64,000 nucleotides of DNA from Dehalococcoidia bacterium. GTDB lineage: Bacteria; Chloroflexota; Dehalococcoidia; Plut-88900. The stretch lies in assembly GCA_965197675.1 (NCBI GenBank), contig OZ240221.1, positions 1,923,437-1,987,436 on the forward strand. The letters run 5' to 3'. How positions within the stretch are numbered: position 1 is the stretch's first letter; every line of letters starts with the position of its first letter. This document shows positions 30,622-40,234 of the stretch, in pieces. The position numbers were made by a program, and so were the translations under genes. The notes under the pieces were generated by a model. That model ran no database searches, was not told the origin of the DNA, and saw nothing but the letters and a program-made list of their open reading frames with translations.

Positions 30622-32292
30622 ATGTATACGATGGAAGTCCTGCATCCCGTGGCGGAAGCAGAGGGCGACAAGAAGGTTTCCAGACCTGCTCCTAGGCCCA
30701 ACTCTTTGGATGGCCTCACCATAGGATTGGTGTGGAATGCTAAGAGAGGTGGCCTCGATGCCCTTGGTAAGGCTGGAGAGCTTATCAGCAATAAATACAG
30801 CGGCGTGACCGTAAAGCGCTACGAAGGCAGCCAGCCATGTAAGAAGGAGCTTCTGGAGCAGGCGGTGAGAGAGTGTGATGTATTCGTCGGCTCCACAGCT
30901 GACTGAGGCTCTTGTACGTCGTGGCTTGTCCACGACATGGTTGTGATAGAGAAGGCGGGCAAACCGACAGCCGCTATAGTGGCCAAGGGCTTCGACAGGG
31001 ATGCCATGGTCAGCGCCAGAGCCTTCGGGTTGCCCTGGTTTAGATATGCCCTCGTGCCAGAGGTTCTGACTGGCCTCAGCCCTGAGCGCATAGAGGAGCA
31101 TGTTACCAACGCCTTCGACCAGATAGTGCAGGTGCTCACCACCAACTCCAACGGAGAAGGCCTGCCCGCCGTAGCAGATGCGAGAGCTGCGGATAGATTG
31201 AAGGTGGAGGGAACAGACAGGTACGATGCCTTTGAGGCCATGAATAGCCTGTTCATGGAGAATGAGTGGGGGGATGGCTTCCCCTTGATACCTCCGACGC
31301 CGGAAAAGGTGGAGTGGATGCTAAAGGGCACCACTAGAGACCACCAAGACGTGGTTACGGTGCTGCCGCCGGGCCTCCGATATGCCACCGTAGAGAAGAT
31401 AGCCATAAACGCGGTGATGGCAGGGTGCGAGCCTTCTCATTTACCCATCCTTATGGCGGCCTGCGAGGCGCTACCTGGATTCGGTAGCACTGCAAGAGTA
31501 TTGACCATGTCGACAAGCCCCAATGCACCACTGCTGATGATTAATGGCCCTATCTCCGGGGAGATAGGTTTCAACTCAGGTCGATGCGCCTTGGGGCCGG
31601 GATCCCCGTCGCGACATAACGTAGCGGTTGGCAGGGCTTTCAGGCTTGTTTTGATGAACGTCGGTAATGCCTACCCAGCTCGCATGGATATGGACACCAT
31701 TGGCTCGTCTCGCAAGTTCAGCATGTGCTTTGCAGAGAATGAAGAAGAGAGTCCATGGGCTCCCTATCACACGGACTTGGGCTTCGACAAGGATGAGAGC
31801 ACCGTCACCATATTTGACACTATCGGGGAAGAGGACGTGGACGACTTGACCAACTGGGAGTCGGAACGAGTGCTGGACAGTTTCGCTGCCGCTTGCTCCA
31901 ATGTGCCGGCCAGGTACGTGGTCAACTTCTTCGACCAGGAAAAACCGACGGATCGTATACTGCTGGCCATGTGTCCCGAGCACGCCAACATATGTGGAAA
32001 GGAAGGATGGTCGAAGCGCTCGGTGCGAGAGTACGTACACAACTATGCTCGCATGAATGCTAGGGTGGCCATGTGCTGGGGACGTAAGACCCCAGAGCTT
32101 TTCCGCCCGGAGTGGAGATGGCTGCTGGACAGGTCAGAATCGGAACTGGAGCAGATAGCGTTGCAGGTTCTGGAAAATGCCGACCTGTACGATGTAGCTG
32201 TGGTTGGCGGGCCTGCTGGAAAGAGTATGGTTTTCCACGCCCTGTGCGGTGGGCCCTCTACTGTCCTCATCAAGGATAGAGCTCCTATCTAG
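30622..32292 (+). CDS. candidate selenoprotein of unknown function. Two same-frame ORFs are joined by an in-frame TGA at 30904..30906, giving the motif U-G-S-C. I recall an NCBI family named 'UGSC family (seleno)protein' from memory only; this is unverified.
   Basis: ORFs 30622..30906 and 30937..32292 share one frame. Read-through gives ...VGSTAD-U-GSCTSW... A SECIS-like hairpin lies 11 nt after the TGA. Confidence 0.5.
30918..30936 (+). promoter_or_regulatory. bacterial SECIS-like hairpin (GTCGTGG-CTTGT-CCACGAC) beginning 11 nt 3' of the in-frame TGA
   Basis: A 7-bp perfect stem with a 5-nt loop that contains GU. The 11-nt spacing matches the position of the E. coli fdhF SECIS. Confidence 0.4.
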
Positions 32293-32364
32293 CTGCTCTA
32301 CTACATCATGGTGGTAAGCTCGACTGCTCCCGGATAAGAAGTTACCTGAAAGAAGGACAATCAC

Positions 32365-33237
32365 ATGGAATTCGGAATAGTTTTTCCCCAGACGGAGATA
32401 GGAACGAATCCCAGGGATGTGCGGGATTTCGTTGTAGCCGTGGAAGAGATGGGATACTCCAATCTGGTTGTGTATGACCACGTACTGGGTGCCGACACCA
32501 CAAATCGTCCTGACTGGGATGGCTTCTACGCCCTCGAAGACATGTTCCACGAACCCTTCGTACTGTTCGGGTTCCTAGCGTCGTTTACGAAAAGAATTCG
32601 GCTGGTGACGGGAATCCTAATACTATCGCAGCGACAGACGGCTCTGGTGGCCAAACAGGCTGCCGAAGTGGATGTGCTCACTGGAGGCCGCCTAACTCTG
32701 GGCGTTGCCGTAGGCTGGAACGACGTGGAGTTTGAGGCCCTCGGGGAGGACTTTCATAACCGAGGTGTCCGATCTGTGGAGCAGATCGAAGTACTCAGGG
32801 CCTTGTGGACACAGGAGATAGTGGACTTCAAAGGGCGCTGGCACACGATTACGGCAGCTGGCTTAAATCCTCTTCCCGTGCAACGCCCTATACCTATCTG
32901 GTTTGGCGGAGGCGCCGAGCCCGTCCTGAAGAGGATAGGCCGTTTGGGAGATGGCTGGCTAATCGACCGTGAACCCGATGAAGACGGGAAAGCGGCAATA
33001 GAGCGCGTAGGAAACTATGCTAGAGAGGTTGGGCGAGACCTCTCTTCCATAGAGATCGTTCCCACTATAGAGTCTTCCTCTGTGGGAATTGAGTCTATAG
33101 TGGACTGCGTAAAGGAGTGGCGAGGCCTCGGTATAACAAACGTAGCCATTGAAACGATGAAGCTGGGTCTGACCACTGCCAAGGACCACATCGACTTCGC
33201 GAGGAAGCTGAAAGAAGACACTAAAAGCGTGGTTTAG
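32365..33237 (+). CDS. LLM-class F420/flavin-dependent oxidoreductase
   Basis: Luciferase-like pattern over about 290 aa. Confidence 0.7.
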   Translation: MEFGIVFPQTEIGTNPRDVRDFVVAVEEMGYSNLVVYDHVLGADTTNRPDWDGFYALEDMFHEPFVLFGFLASFTKRIRLVTGILILSQRQTALVAKQAAEVDVLTGGRLTLGVAVGWNDVEFEALGEDFHNRGVRSVEQIEVLRALWTQEIVDFKGRWHTITAAGLNPLPVQRPIPIWFGGGAEPVLKRIGRLGDGWLIDREPDEDGKAAIERVGNYAREVGRDLSSIEIVPTIESSSVGIESIVDCVKEWRGLGITNVAIETMKLGLTTAKDHIDFARKLKEDTKSVV

Positions 33238-33484
33238 AGATACTCGGCCATTGGCTGGAGAATTTGCCCTCAACCTACTTGTGATAACTTGTCAACCTGG
33301 AGAGTTCATGATATGATTTGGATTAGTGGCAGTGTTTAGTGTCCCTTTAGTTGACTTGTTATAGCATCCTCGGTGCCCTCATCGAACCCACTAGTGGTTT
33401 TCTTGATTGCCCATCGGATAGTTAGAGCATCCTAGGTATCGGTGACCGGACTCTCGCCAACTATTTGGAGAAAGGAGTTCACCG

Positions 33485-33790
33485 ATGAACTACGAGGATA
33501 AGACCCTCACTTGCCAGGACTGTGGACAGCCGTTCACTTTTAGTGCGGATGATCAGTCGTTTCACGCAGAAAAGGGTTTCACCAACGAGCCCAAACGTTG
33601 TCCAGCGTGTCGGGAGATTCGACGCAACGGGCGCAATGGTGGATACGACCGAAGGCCACGTGAGATGCATCCGGTGGTCTGCGCGGAATGTGGCAAGGAT
33701 ACAACGGTTCCATTTGAGCCACGTGGCGACCGTCCTGTTTACTGCAGCGATTGCTTTAACAAGCGACGTTCGGCAGAGCGGATAGGTTAG
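33485..33790 (+). CDS. small zinc-ribbon domain protein (two CxxC pairs in each of two repeats)
   Basis: CQDCG...CPAC and CAECG...CSDC. A duplicated 16-mer (GTTATAGCATCCTCGG / GTTAGAGCATCCTAGG) lies upstream. Confidence 0.5.
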   Translation: MNYEDKTLTCQDCGQPFTFSADDQSFHAEKGFTNEPKRCPACREIRRNGRNGGYDRRPREMHPVVCAECGKDTTVPFEPRGDRPVYCSDCFNKRRSAERIG

Positions 33791-34014
33791 TAAGTAATGC
33801 CGATGTTGTATAGAGGGGACTACGTGACGTCCCCTCTATACACACCGTATTTTTCGTTATTCAGACAAGGGGTAAGCGCATTGAGTTTGTATATCGAAAC
33901 ATCGCCAAGGTGTTCGATAGCTACCGTTCCGTTAACAGCGGGCGTCTTTAAACAGCCTATATCTCGCAGAACAGGTACGAAGGATTCAACCGTCTGTCGA
34001 GAAAGTAAAACAGC

Positions 34015-35025
34015 GTGAAAAGGATTTTCATAGCGTTAATAGGAATTGCGATTGGGGGAGTTCTGGGAAGGCTCGTGTTTCGTGAAAGCGATTGGAAACA
34101 AGTTCTCTCCGGCGTGCGAGGGATGGAGTGGCACATACTGGTGTTAGCACTGGCAGCTGTTAGCTTTGCTGTCTTGCTCTCGGCTGCGCGCTGGAAGCTT
34201 TTGCTAACCAATGAGTCGGTATCCATAACTCGGCTGTTTCTAGTGAGAGAGATGGGGCAAACACTCAACAACGTTAGCCCTATACGGGTAGTTGGGGATG
34301 CCGCTCAGACACTCATGTTGACCCATGGGAATGGAATCAAGGCTCCCAAAGTGGTGTCGAGTCTTTTTATGGGACGATTGTTTGATTTTCTAGTGACCAT
34401 AACCCTTGTAGGCGGAGGATTGTTCGTCTTACCCCAGCTTTCAGGACTTAAGCCCATCGTAGTGCCTCTATGGGTAATGACTGCAGTCGGCATGGCAGCA
34501 TTCTTTCTCTTTGGGCGATGTCTACACGGGCTTACCGTTGTACACAGGGTGCGACCACTTGAAGAGCTATTGAGGGCTATAGGTGCAGTGCGCACCGATC
34601 CAGCAATACTGGTAGCATGCTTGGTGCTCACCACTGCTCGATGGATGTCGATCGGAGTAACGGCGTGGTTAGTTGCCCAAACTGCAGGTGTTGATCTGCC
34701 ATTCTGGCTGATTTCGATTGTGATCGTGGCAGTATCCCTTTTTGATGGTGCCATAGTTGCAACTCCGGGTCTGGTCGGGGCATACGAGTTCGTGGCGGTC
34801 TCTACGTTGGGGGTTTTCGCTGTAGATCCGACCGTAGCCCCGGCCTTTACCATGGTCATACATGTGATCCTGTTCCTGCCCACACTCGTTGTTGTGCTAC
34901 CGGTAATAGCCTTCGAGCACCGGACGTTGAAGTCGGCATGGGTGGCGGCAGGAGGAGCTGTTCAGCGGTTACAGAAGGGTAGTCATGAAGGGCATGTTGG
35001 GAGGCGAGTTGAAAACGGATTATGA
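34015..35025 (+). CDS. integral membrane protein, lysylphosphatidylglycerol-synthase TM-region-like (UPF0104 family)
   Basis: About 8 TM helices with an N-terminal KRIFIALIGIAIGG segment. Confidence 0.5.
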   Translation: MKRIFIALIGIAIGGVLGRLVFRESDWKQVLSGVRGMEWHILVLALAAVSFAVLLSAARWKLLLTNESVSITRLFLVREMGQTLNNVSPIRVVGDAAQTLMLTHGNGIKAPKVVSSLFMGRLFDFLVTITLVGGGLFVLPQLSGLKPIVVPLWVMTAVGMAAFFLFGRCLHGLTVVHRVRPLEELLRAIGAVRTDPAILVACLVLTTARWMSIGVTAWLVAQTAGVDLPFWLISIVIVAVSLFDGAIVATPGLVGAYEFVAVSTLGVFAVDPTVAPAFTMVIHVILFLPTLVVVLPVIAFEHRTLKSAWVAAGGAVQRLQKGSHEGHVGRRVENGL

Positions 35026-35330
35026 ATTCATTCATTGTCGATCAGATTAATAGTAGATCTATTGAGGATCCTATCTCCTGTTTCTGTGGTAAGGCTAAAA
35101 ATGGGCACCTTCGCTGCGATTACTGTGGAATCCTCGCTGGACCACATCACAGGGAAGCCCCAGAGCTGAAGAGAGTTAAGGCGCAATGGATGGCACGAAA
35201 GATGGCGGAATCCGGTCGAGGTTTGTTCGACCTCTGTGAGAGTTGTCAAACAGTAGCAGTACATGGCACTCTCTTTGACCCATCTACCAAGGTGAGAGCA
35301 ACGAATGAGACTCGCCAGAGCAGAACATGA
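35022..35330 (+). CDS. hypothetical small Cys-rich protein
   Basis: Overlaps the upstream stop codon (ATGA). Contains CFCG, CDYCG and CESC. Confidence 0.3.
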   Translation: MNSFIVDQINSRSIEDPISCFCGKAKNGHLRCDYCGILAGPHHREAPELKRVKAQWMARKMAESGRGLFDLCESCQTVAVHGTLFDPSTKVRATNETRQSRT

Positions 35331-35416
35331 TTGATTCTGGCTCGCAGGGTAAACCGGTGTAGACTGCGCCTTGAGTTTCATGGAGCGAGATTGAAAACCC
35401 AGTACGAGGTGCTCAC

Positions 35417-36226
35417 ATGACTAAGTTACAAGAGGCCTATCCGCTAAAGCCGGGATTACCACTGCAGGTGGATAGAGGATTCTATGGCCGTCTCGCTAAT
35501 AACACAGAGAATCGGAAGCTCGTTGATAAATTCATCGTGCCTCCCCGCTCTGGCAAAGCATGGCCGGTTCATGCGGGACAGCTCTGTCGAATCGTGGTGG
35601 TAGAAGGGCCTCAGGTGGCCGATCTTAACATCTGGAATTTGCACGATCCCCGTGAGCGGTTCTGGGCAGCCCGCACCAGGCAGTTCTATCGAGCCTACGT
35701 AACCACTTACGACCGCCTTTGGTCATGCTTGCCCTACCTCCGGCCCATGCTGACCATCACCAACGATTCCATCAACTACGGAGTGGATAAGGATGGGGCC
35801 TGGTGTCATGACCTGCTCGGAACTCGATGTGACTCCTACGTCCAGAAACTGTTGACCGGCGAGGACGTGGACTACACCTGTCACTCCAACCTAGCTAGAG
35901 CTATAGCGCCATTTAACCTCACTGAGGAGAATGTTCACGACGTCCTCAATATCTTTGAGGTGGATGGGCTAACAGAGGACAAGAGGTATGCCAGCAAACC
36001 CAGTCCCGCTAGGGAGGGCGACTTCTTTGAGTTTTTTGCCGAGATAGATCTCCTGTGTGCCATCTCCACATGCCAGTTAGGAGACATGTCCTCGACTAGT
36101 TGGAACACCACAGGTGGCGATTCTGCTCCCACCTGCCATCCCCTGGGCATCGAGGTGTACCAGCCTAGCGATGAGCTAATAGAGGGATGGGAGTCTCCTC
36201 CACCATCGAGAGCCTGCCTCAGATAG
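35417..36226 (+). CDS. DUF1989-like (urea-carboxylase-associated family) protein
   Basis: By-eye similarity only. Confidence 0.4.
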   Translation: MTKLQEAYPLKPGLPLQVDRGFYGRLANNTENRKLVDKFIVPPRSGKAWPVHAGQLCRIVVVEGPQVADLNIWNLHDPRERFWAARTRQFYRAYVTTYDRLWSCLPYLRPMLTITNDSINYGVDKDGAWCHDLLGTRCDSYVQKLLTGEDVDYTCHSNLARAIAPFNLTEENVHDVLNIFEVDGLTEDKRYASKPSPAREGDFFEFFAEIDLLCAISTCQLGDMSSTSWNTTGGDSAPTCHPLGIEVYQPSDELIEGWESPPPSRACLR

Positions 36227-36335
36227 GCAAAGGCCTTGGGCCCACCCGCCCGCCCCCGTTAGGTTTTTGTATCTGGGAGCACATCCTCCAAACTCCCTGC
36301 CAGAAGCATGCATCTCTCTGGACCCCCTCCGTGCG
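36225..36335. repeat. intergenic modular repeat element (C-B-palindrome modules)
   Basis: Shares the GGTAGGTTTTTGTAT(G/C)TGGG core and the CCACCCGCCCGCC and CCTGCCAGA...CTCTGGA modules with six other loci. Confidence 0.6.
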
Positions 36336-36462
36336 GGCTTCCGGGACAGGGTCTCGAGCTATGCAGACAATCCTGGGATACCTAGATGAGCTATATCTAA
36401 GATCTAAGAGAATCCAGGTCTATTCCCACCTCGGCCGCGATATTTGAAAGGTAGTCCCAGTC

Positions 36463-37471
36463 CTAATCTCGAATGGGTATGCCCTCCTTCAGGCGGCGCT
36501 CCTCTTCACGCTGGGCGTGTTCGCCCGGCAAGACGATTTCGTCGAAGCCTTCGGCTAGTCGAGATGACTTGATGGCCCTTATTAAATCGTCCACTCTGGC
36601 CTTGAACTGATCTATCGGAACAAGACGGTCAATATTTATTGCCATCAGAAAGACGCCTGCTTCCCAAGGATGCTCGGCTGAGGCGTGCCAGGTTATATCC
36701 TTCGATACCGCTACGCCCGAGAGCAACCCTGACAAGACCTCAACCCAAATAAGCCATCCAAACCCCCTGGGGCCCAGAGGCAATAACGCTCCTAGTATCT
36801 CGGAGTTTCTATTTGAAGGCTCCAACACCAGAGGCTTAGGATCAGTGGTCACACGACCATTTTCATCCACGACAACACCTTCTGGTACAGGTACGCCGTC
36901 ATGGGCGGCCCGAATGATGCGTCCATCGCATACTGCGCTGGTAGAACCGTCAAAGACAATGGGCCTCTCAGCTCCTGCTGGTACCGCAAATGAGATGGGA
37001 TTCATATTGAAATCTGGTCTCGGCCTCCCCAAGGAGCTACGGCCGGCGCCCCGTTACAGGTAACGAATCCTATGTAGTCATGCTTCAATCCTGCATGGAA
37101 TAGTTGCCTGCCATAGTGAAATCATTGGCGTTTCTCAACCACACACTACCAAGCACCGACTCTTGAGCCTTTTCTATGGCGACTTCCATGGCTTTAGTAG
37201 TTACCACTTGGCCAGTCCCGTGTCCCCCATCTATTACGGCATAGCTCGGCCCCTCGTCCAGTATTTTGATGGACACTCCGAACTTTAATGCATCTCTCTT
37301 GACCAGGGGGTAGACGATGGTGAACCCCGCTATTCCCTGGTTGTCCTTGCCAGTTAGATCAGCCTTGATAAGGCAATCAGTGAAGATCCTCACCTCCTCT
37401 TCGGTTGCACCGAGTTTCCTCCAAACGGTGATGTAGATCCTATACAGGTAGTCTGATGATTCGATGCGCAT
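36463..37471 (-). pseudogene. Ldh_2 family (malate/L-lactate/sulfolactate dehydrogenase-like) gene split by a frameshift
   Basis: N-terminal 128 aa (37085..37471) and C-terminal 189 aa (36463..37032) both match Ldh_2 but lie in different frames. Confidence 0.55.
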
Positions 37472-37691
37472 CTATTGTTACATCCTTTCGCGTGGGATAG
37501 CGGGCGTGGTAGAGAGAAAAATAGGTGGCGTCAATTAGACGCATTACTCGGCAACAGCTTGATCCCTCCTTTCGACAGCATTAGTTGACTACTCCTATGT
37601 GACACAAGGACTGCAGAAACCCCAGTATTCTCGATGGCGGGTGACCTTTTTTATTTATGCTTCGGTTCATAGGGAGAGAACGGTGGCAAGA

Positions 37692-38006
37692 ATGCGTTGC
37701 ACCAGTTGTGGTATTATCCTGAATCCTGAGACAATGGAATGTCCTGGCTGTGAACGCAAGCCAGATAACGATGGGGAAAGCCCCGGCCAAGGCTCTATGG
37801 GCAATCACATCGTTACAGCCATCTTTGTCGTCATCGTCGCTGCCATCGGTGCCCTCATCTACGGGACTATCTTCGGAGCCACCTACGCTGTCATCGGCGC
37901 CGGCATCGGTGCAGCTATAGTCATTTTCGTCACCATCGTCAAAGTTGAACCCAGCCTCGAGTCGCACCAATGGGTTAGAAGGTTGTTAGATACCCTGGAG
38001 AAATAG
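37692..38006 (+). CDS. small zinc-ribbon membrane protein (CxxC...CxxC plus glycine-zipper TM helix)
   Basis: The internal ATG at 37692 gives MRCTSCG...CPGC, followed by a GxxxG-rich helix. Confidence 0.4.
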   Translation: MRCTSCGIILNPETMECPGCERKPDNDGESPGQGSMGNHIVTAIFVVIVAAIGALIYGTIFGATYAVIGAGIGAAIVIFVTIVKVEPSLESHQWVRRLLDTLEK

Positions 38007-38058
38007 GACACTGGTATTGGTTGCCCCGAATCCTATATTTTGTTGATTCCGGGTACAA

Positions 38059-38148
38059 TGGCGGAGGGGGTGGGATTCGAACCCACGATCCACTTGCGCA
38101 GATGCCGGTTTTCAAGACCGGTGCCTTAAACCGCTCGGCCACCCCTCC
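38059..38148 (-). tRNA. tRNA-Ser (anticodon UGA), type II with a long variable arm, CCA encoded
   Basis: Hand fold. Acceptor GGAGGGG/CCCCTCC. Anticodon stem-loop CCGGT-CTTGAAA-ACCGG. T-loop GGTTCGAATCC. Confidence 0.85.
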
Positions 38149-38260
38149 TCACGGATATTTTATACCTGAATCTCGAATAGAGGAGTATGACGAGCCCTGA
38201 AAAATTGGGTACTTGCCTCAGAGCAGAGATATGCCATCCCACTCAAACAGGGGTGATTCC

Positions 38261-39418
38261 TTAATCCAGGTCGTATACCTTGACAGCGTTTTCGCCTAGG
38301 ATCTTGTTTTGAGCGCTATCGGAGAGGCTGCCGATGTGTTCCTTCAACTCCTCCACCGGTCCATACTCGGCATCCTCGTGTGGGAAGTCCGATGCCCAGA
38401 CGAAGTGCTCTGCTCCCAGTAGCTTCACCATGGCGGGTGTGGTTTTCTCATCTGGGTCCACGGATATATAGCACTGTCTGTCAAAGTAGAAGCTTGGAGG
38501 CTCCTTCATAGAGGAAAAACCCTTACCCACCTTATACTTACTATCCATTCTCTCGAGCCAGTGAGCTATCCAGCCTCCACCACTCTCCAGAATGACGTAC
38601 TTGAGTCTAGGAAACCTATCGAAAACTCCGGTTGTCATCATCGCCGTGAAGGCAGCCTGCACATCTAGCATCAAATAGGTGAAGGTGAAGACCATGTTCT
38701 CTCTCTGTATCGAATACTCGCCGGGCCACAGAGAGCTGGCCCAATCGGACATGGTATTGTTCACTCGAACTACGACGTGGGGAGCTATAGGCAGGTTCAT
38801 GTCTTGAGCTTCAGCCCAAAGAGGGTCATAGTCGGTGTGTGCGATGGTGCGGCCATCGAAGATGTCAGGGCGAATGAAGAAGCCCTTCGCTCCCAATTTG
38901 GCCGTTCGCTTCATCTCACTGACGGCATCTTCGACATCCAGTATGGGAATGTGGGCCACGGCAAACAATCGGTCAGAGTAGGGTTTACAAAAGTCTACCA
39001 ACCAGTTGTTGTAGGCCTGTGCAAGGGCGAGAGCCAGACCAGGATCGTCTACATTCTCTTCCCAGATGATTCCAATGGTTGGGTAAATGAGGGCGGCGTC
39101 GATTCCCTCGTCATCCAACACCTGGACTCGCTGGTGGGGGTCCATAGAACCGGGTGGAGCGCCATCCATATATTTGTAGATTCCGGGTGTGTTCAACTTC
39201 TCATGATCGCCATCGGGGTAGCCTGCGATACCACCTAAGTTGGCATTGGTTCCTGGCTCATACCCTGTCTTTCCATCAACCTCCCAGTAGTCACGGCCCT
39301 GCTCGTCAACTCTCCAACGAATGGCACGGTCCTTATATTTGCTATCCAGGTAGTTCTCCCACAGGTCCATAGGCTCCAGCACGTGACCATCAGCGTCGAT
39401 AACCCTCATTTCTGTCAT
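38261..39418 (-). CDS. amidohydrolase family 2 protein
   Basis: VIDADGHV N-terminus. Third paralog in the window. Confidence 0.7.
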   Translation of the reverse strand: MTEMRVIDADGHVLEPMDLWENYLDSKYKDRAIRWRVDEQGRDYWEVDGKTGYEPGTNANLGGIAGYPDGDHEKLNTPGIYKYMDGAPPGSMDPHQRVQVLDDEGIDAALIYPTIGIIWEENVDDPGLALALAQAYNNWLVDFCKPYSDRLFAVAHIPILDVEDAVSEMKRTAKLGAKGFFIRPDIFDGRTIAHTDYDPLWAEAQDMNLPIAPHVVVRVNNTMSDWASSLWPGEYSIQRENMVFTFTYLMLDVQAAFTAMMTTGVFDRFPRLKYVILESGGGWIAHWLERMDSKYKVGKGFSSMKEPPSFYFDRQCYISVDPDEKTTPAMVKLLGAEHFVWASDFPHEDAEYGPVEELKEHIGSLSDSAQNKILGENAVKVYDLD

Positions 39419-40234
39419 TCCCCTTCTCCTGATCGTACTATGGCTCCTAAAGTGACGTCACCATTAGCGCCTGTCCCTCAAAGTGCTTTGCCTCTTCTCT
39501 TGCCGAATGCTCCTCAATTACAGAAACCCATCGAGACTTGGCAGATGACAATCTAGCGTGGAGGCTTGTAGATGTCAACATTGTGTAGGCCTGCACAATG
39601 TTGAGCTCATGACCTGGTTTGGGGTACCAAATGTAACTTGAGTCCGCGCTCTGATCGATAGTTTGGATATCTCTGTATAGCTCTGGACGAATGGATCTAA
39701 TGGGCATACTATTCAATCCCATTTGTGGGATTCGGCTCGGTGATACAGGGAAAGCGCCGATTCACATTTGTATTCACAGTCAACACTTTGGCATCGATTT
39801 GCCCTATAGCCAGACCCAGATCGATGAGGTCGCGGCGAGAAGGCTAGCTTTCCTTGATGTCGTGGACTAGGCTCTCACCAAACCAGAAGTTAGGATAGGC
39901 GATCCTATCGATGCTATAATCTGGATGACAATCCCATACCTCTGGGCCTCTGTGGAGACAGTAGGACTTGGGAAGTCTGTACGACATCCTGGAGAGCAAA
40001 AGTACACACTGTTATGATGACCCTCGCATCTATAACTACGTGATAACCGGGTTGCCAGTAGACGGGGCGAGCCGGATCACCATGCACAACAACAATCTCC
40101 ATAACCCCCTGGTTCGACAGCACCATGATCCAGCGGGATCTGTCACCTGCCTGTCCGACAGACAGAGTAGGCAGGCCTCTAGACTCCCTCCATGCTGGCT
40201 TCTGGTATAGGGTCTTATAGAAAGTAGAAGTTAG

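Noticed and set aside
30541-31406. Minus-strand ORFs 30541..31101 and 30819..31406
   Set aside because: They are antisense to the candidate selenoprotein gene and have no motifs.
37581-37970. 129-aa minus-strand acidic ORF
   Set aside because: It is antisense to the zinc-ribbon/glycine-zipper ORF. Its poly-Asp/Gly composition comes from the complement of the GxxxG-rich coding strand.
38059-38148. tRNA considered as tRNA-Sec, which would support the selenoprotein call
   Set aside because: The anticodon loop CTTGAAA gives anticodon UGA, which is Ser and reads UCA. It is not UCA, and the acceptor/D-arm geometry is ordinary type II tRNA-Ser.
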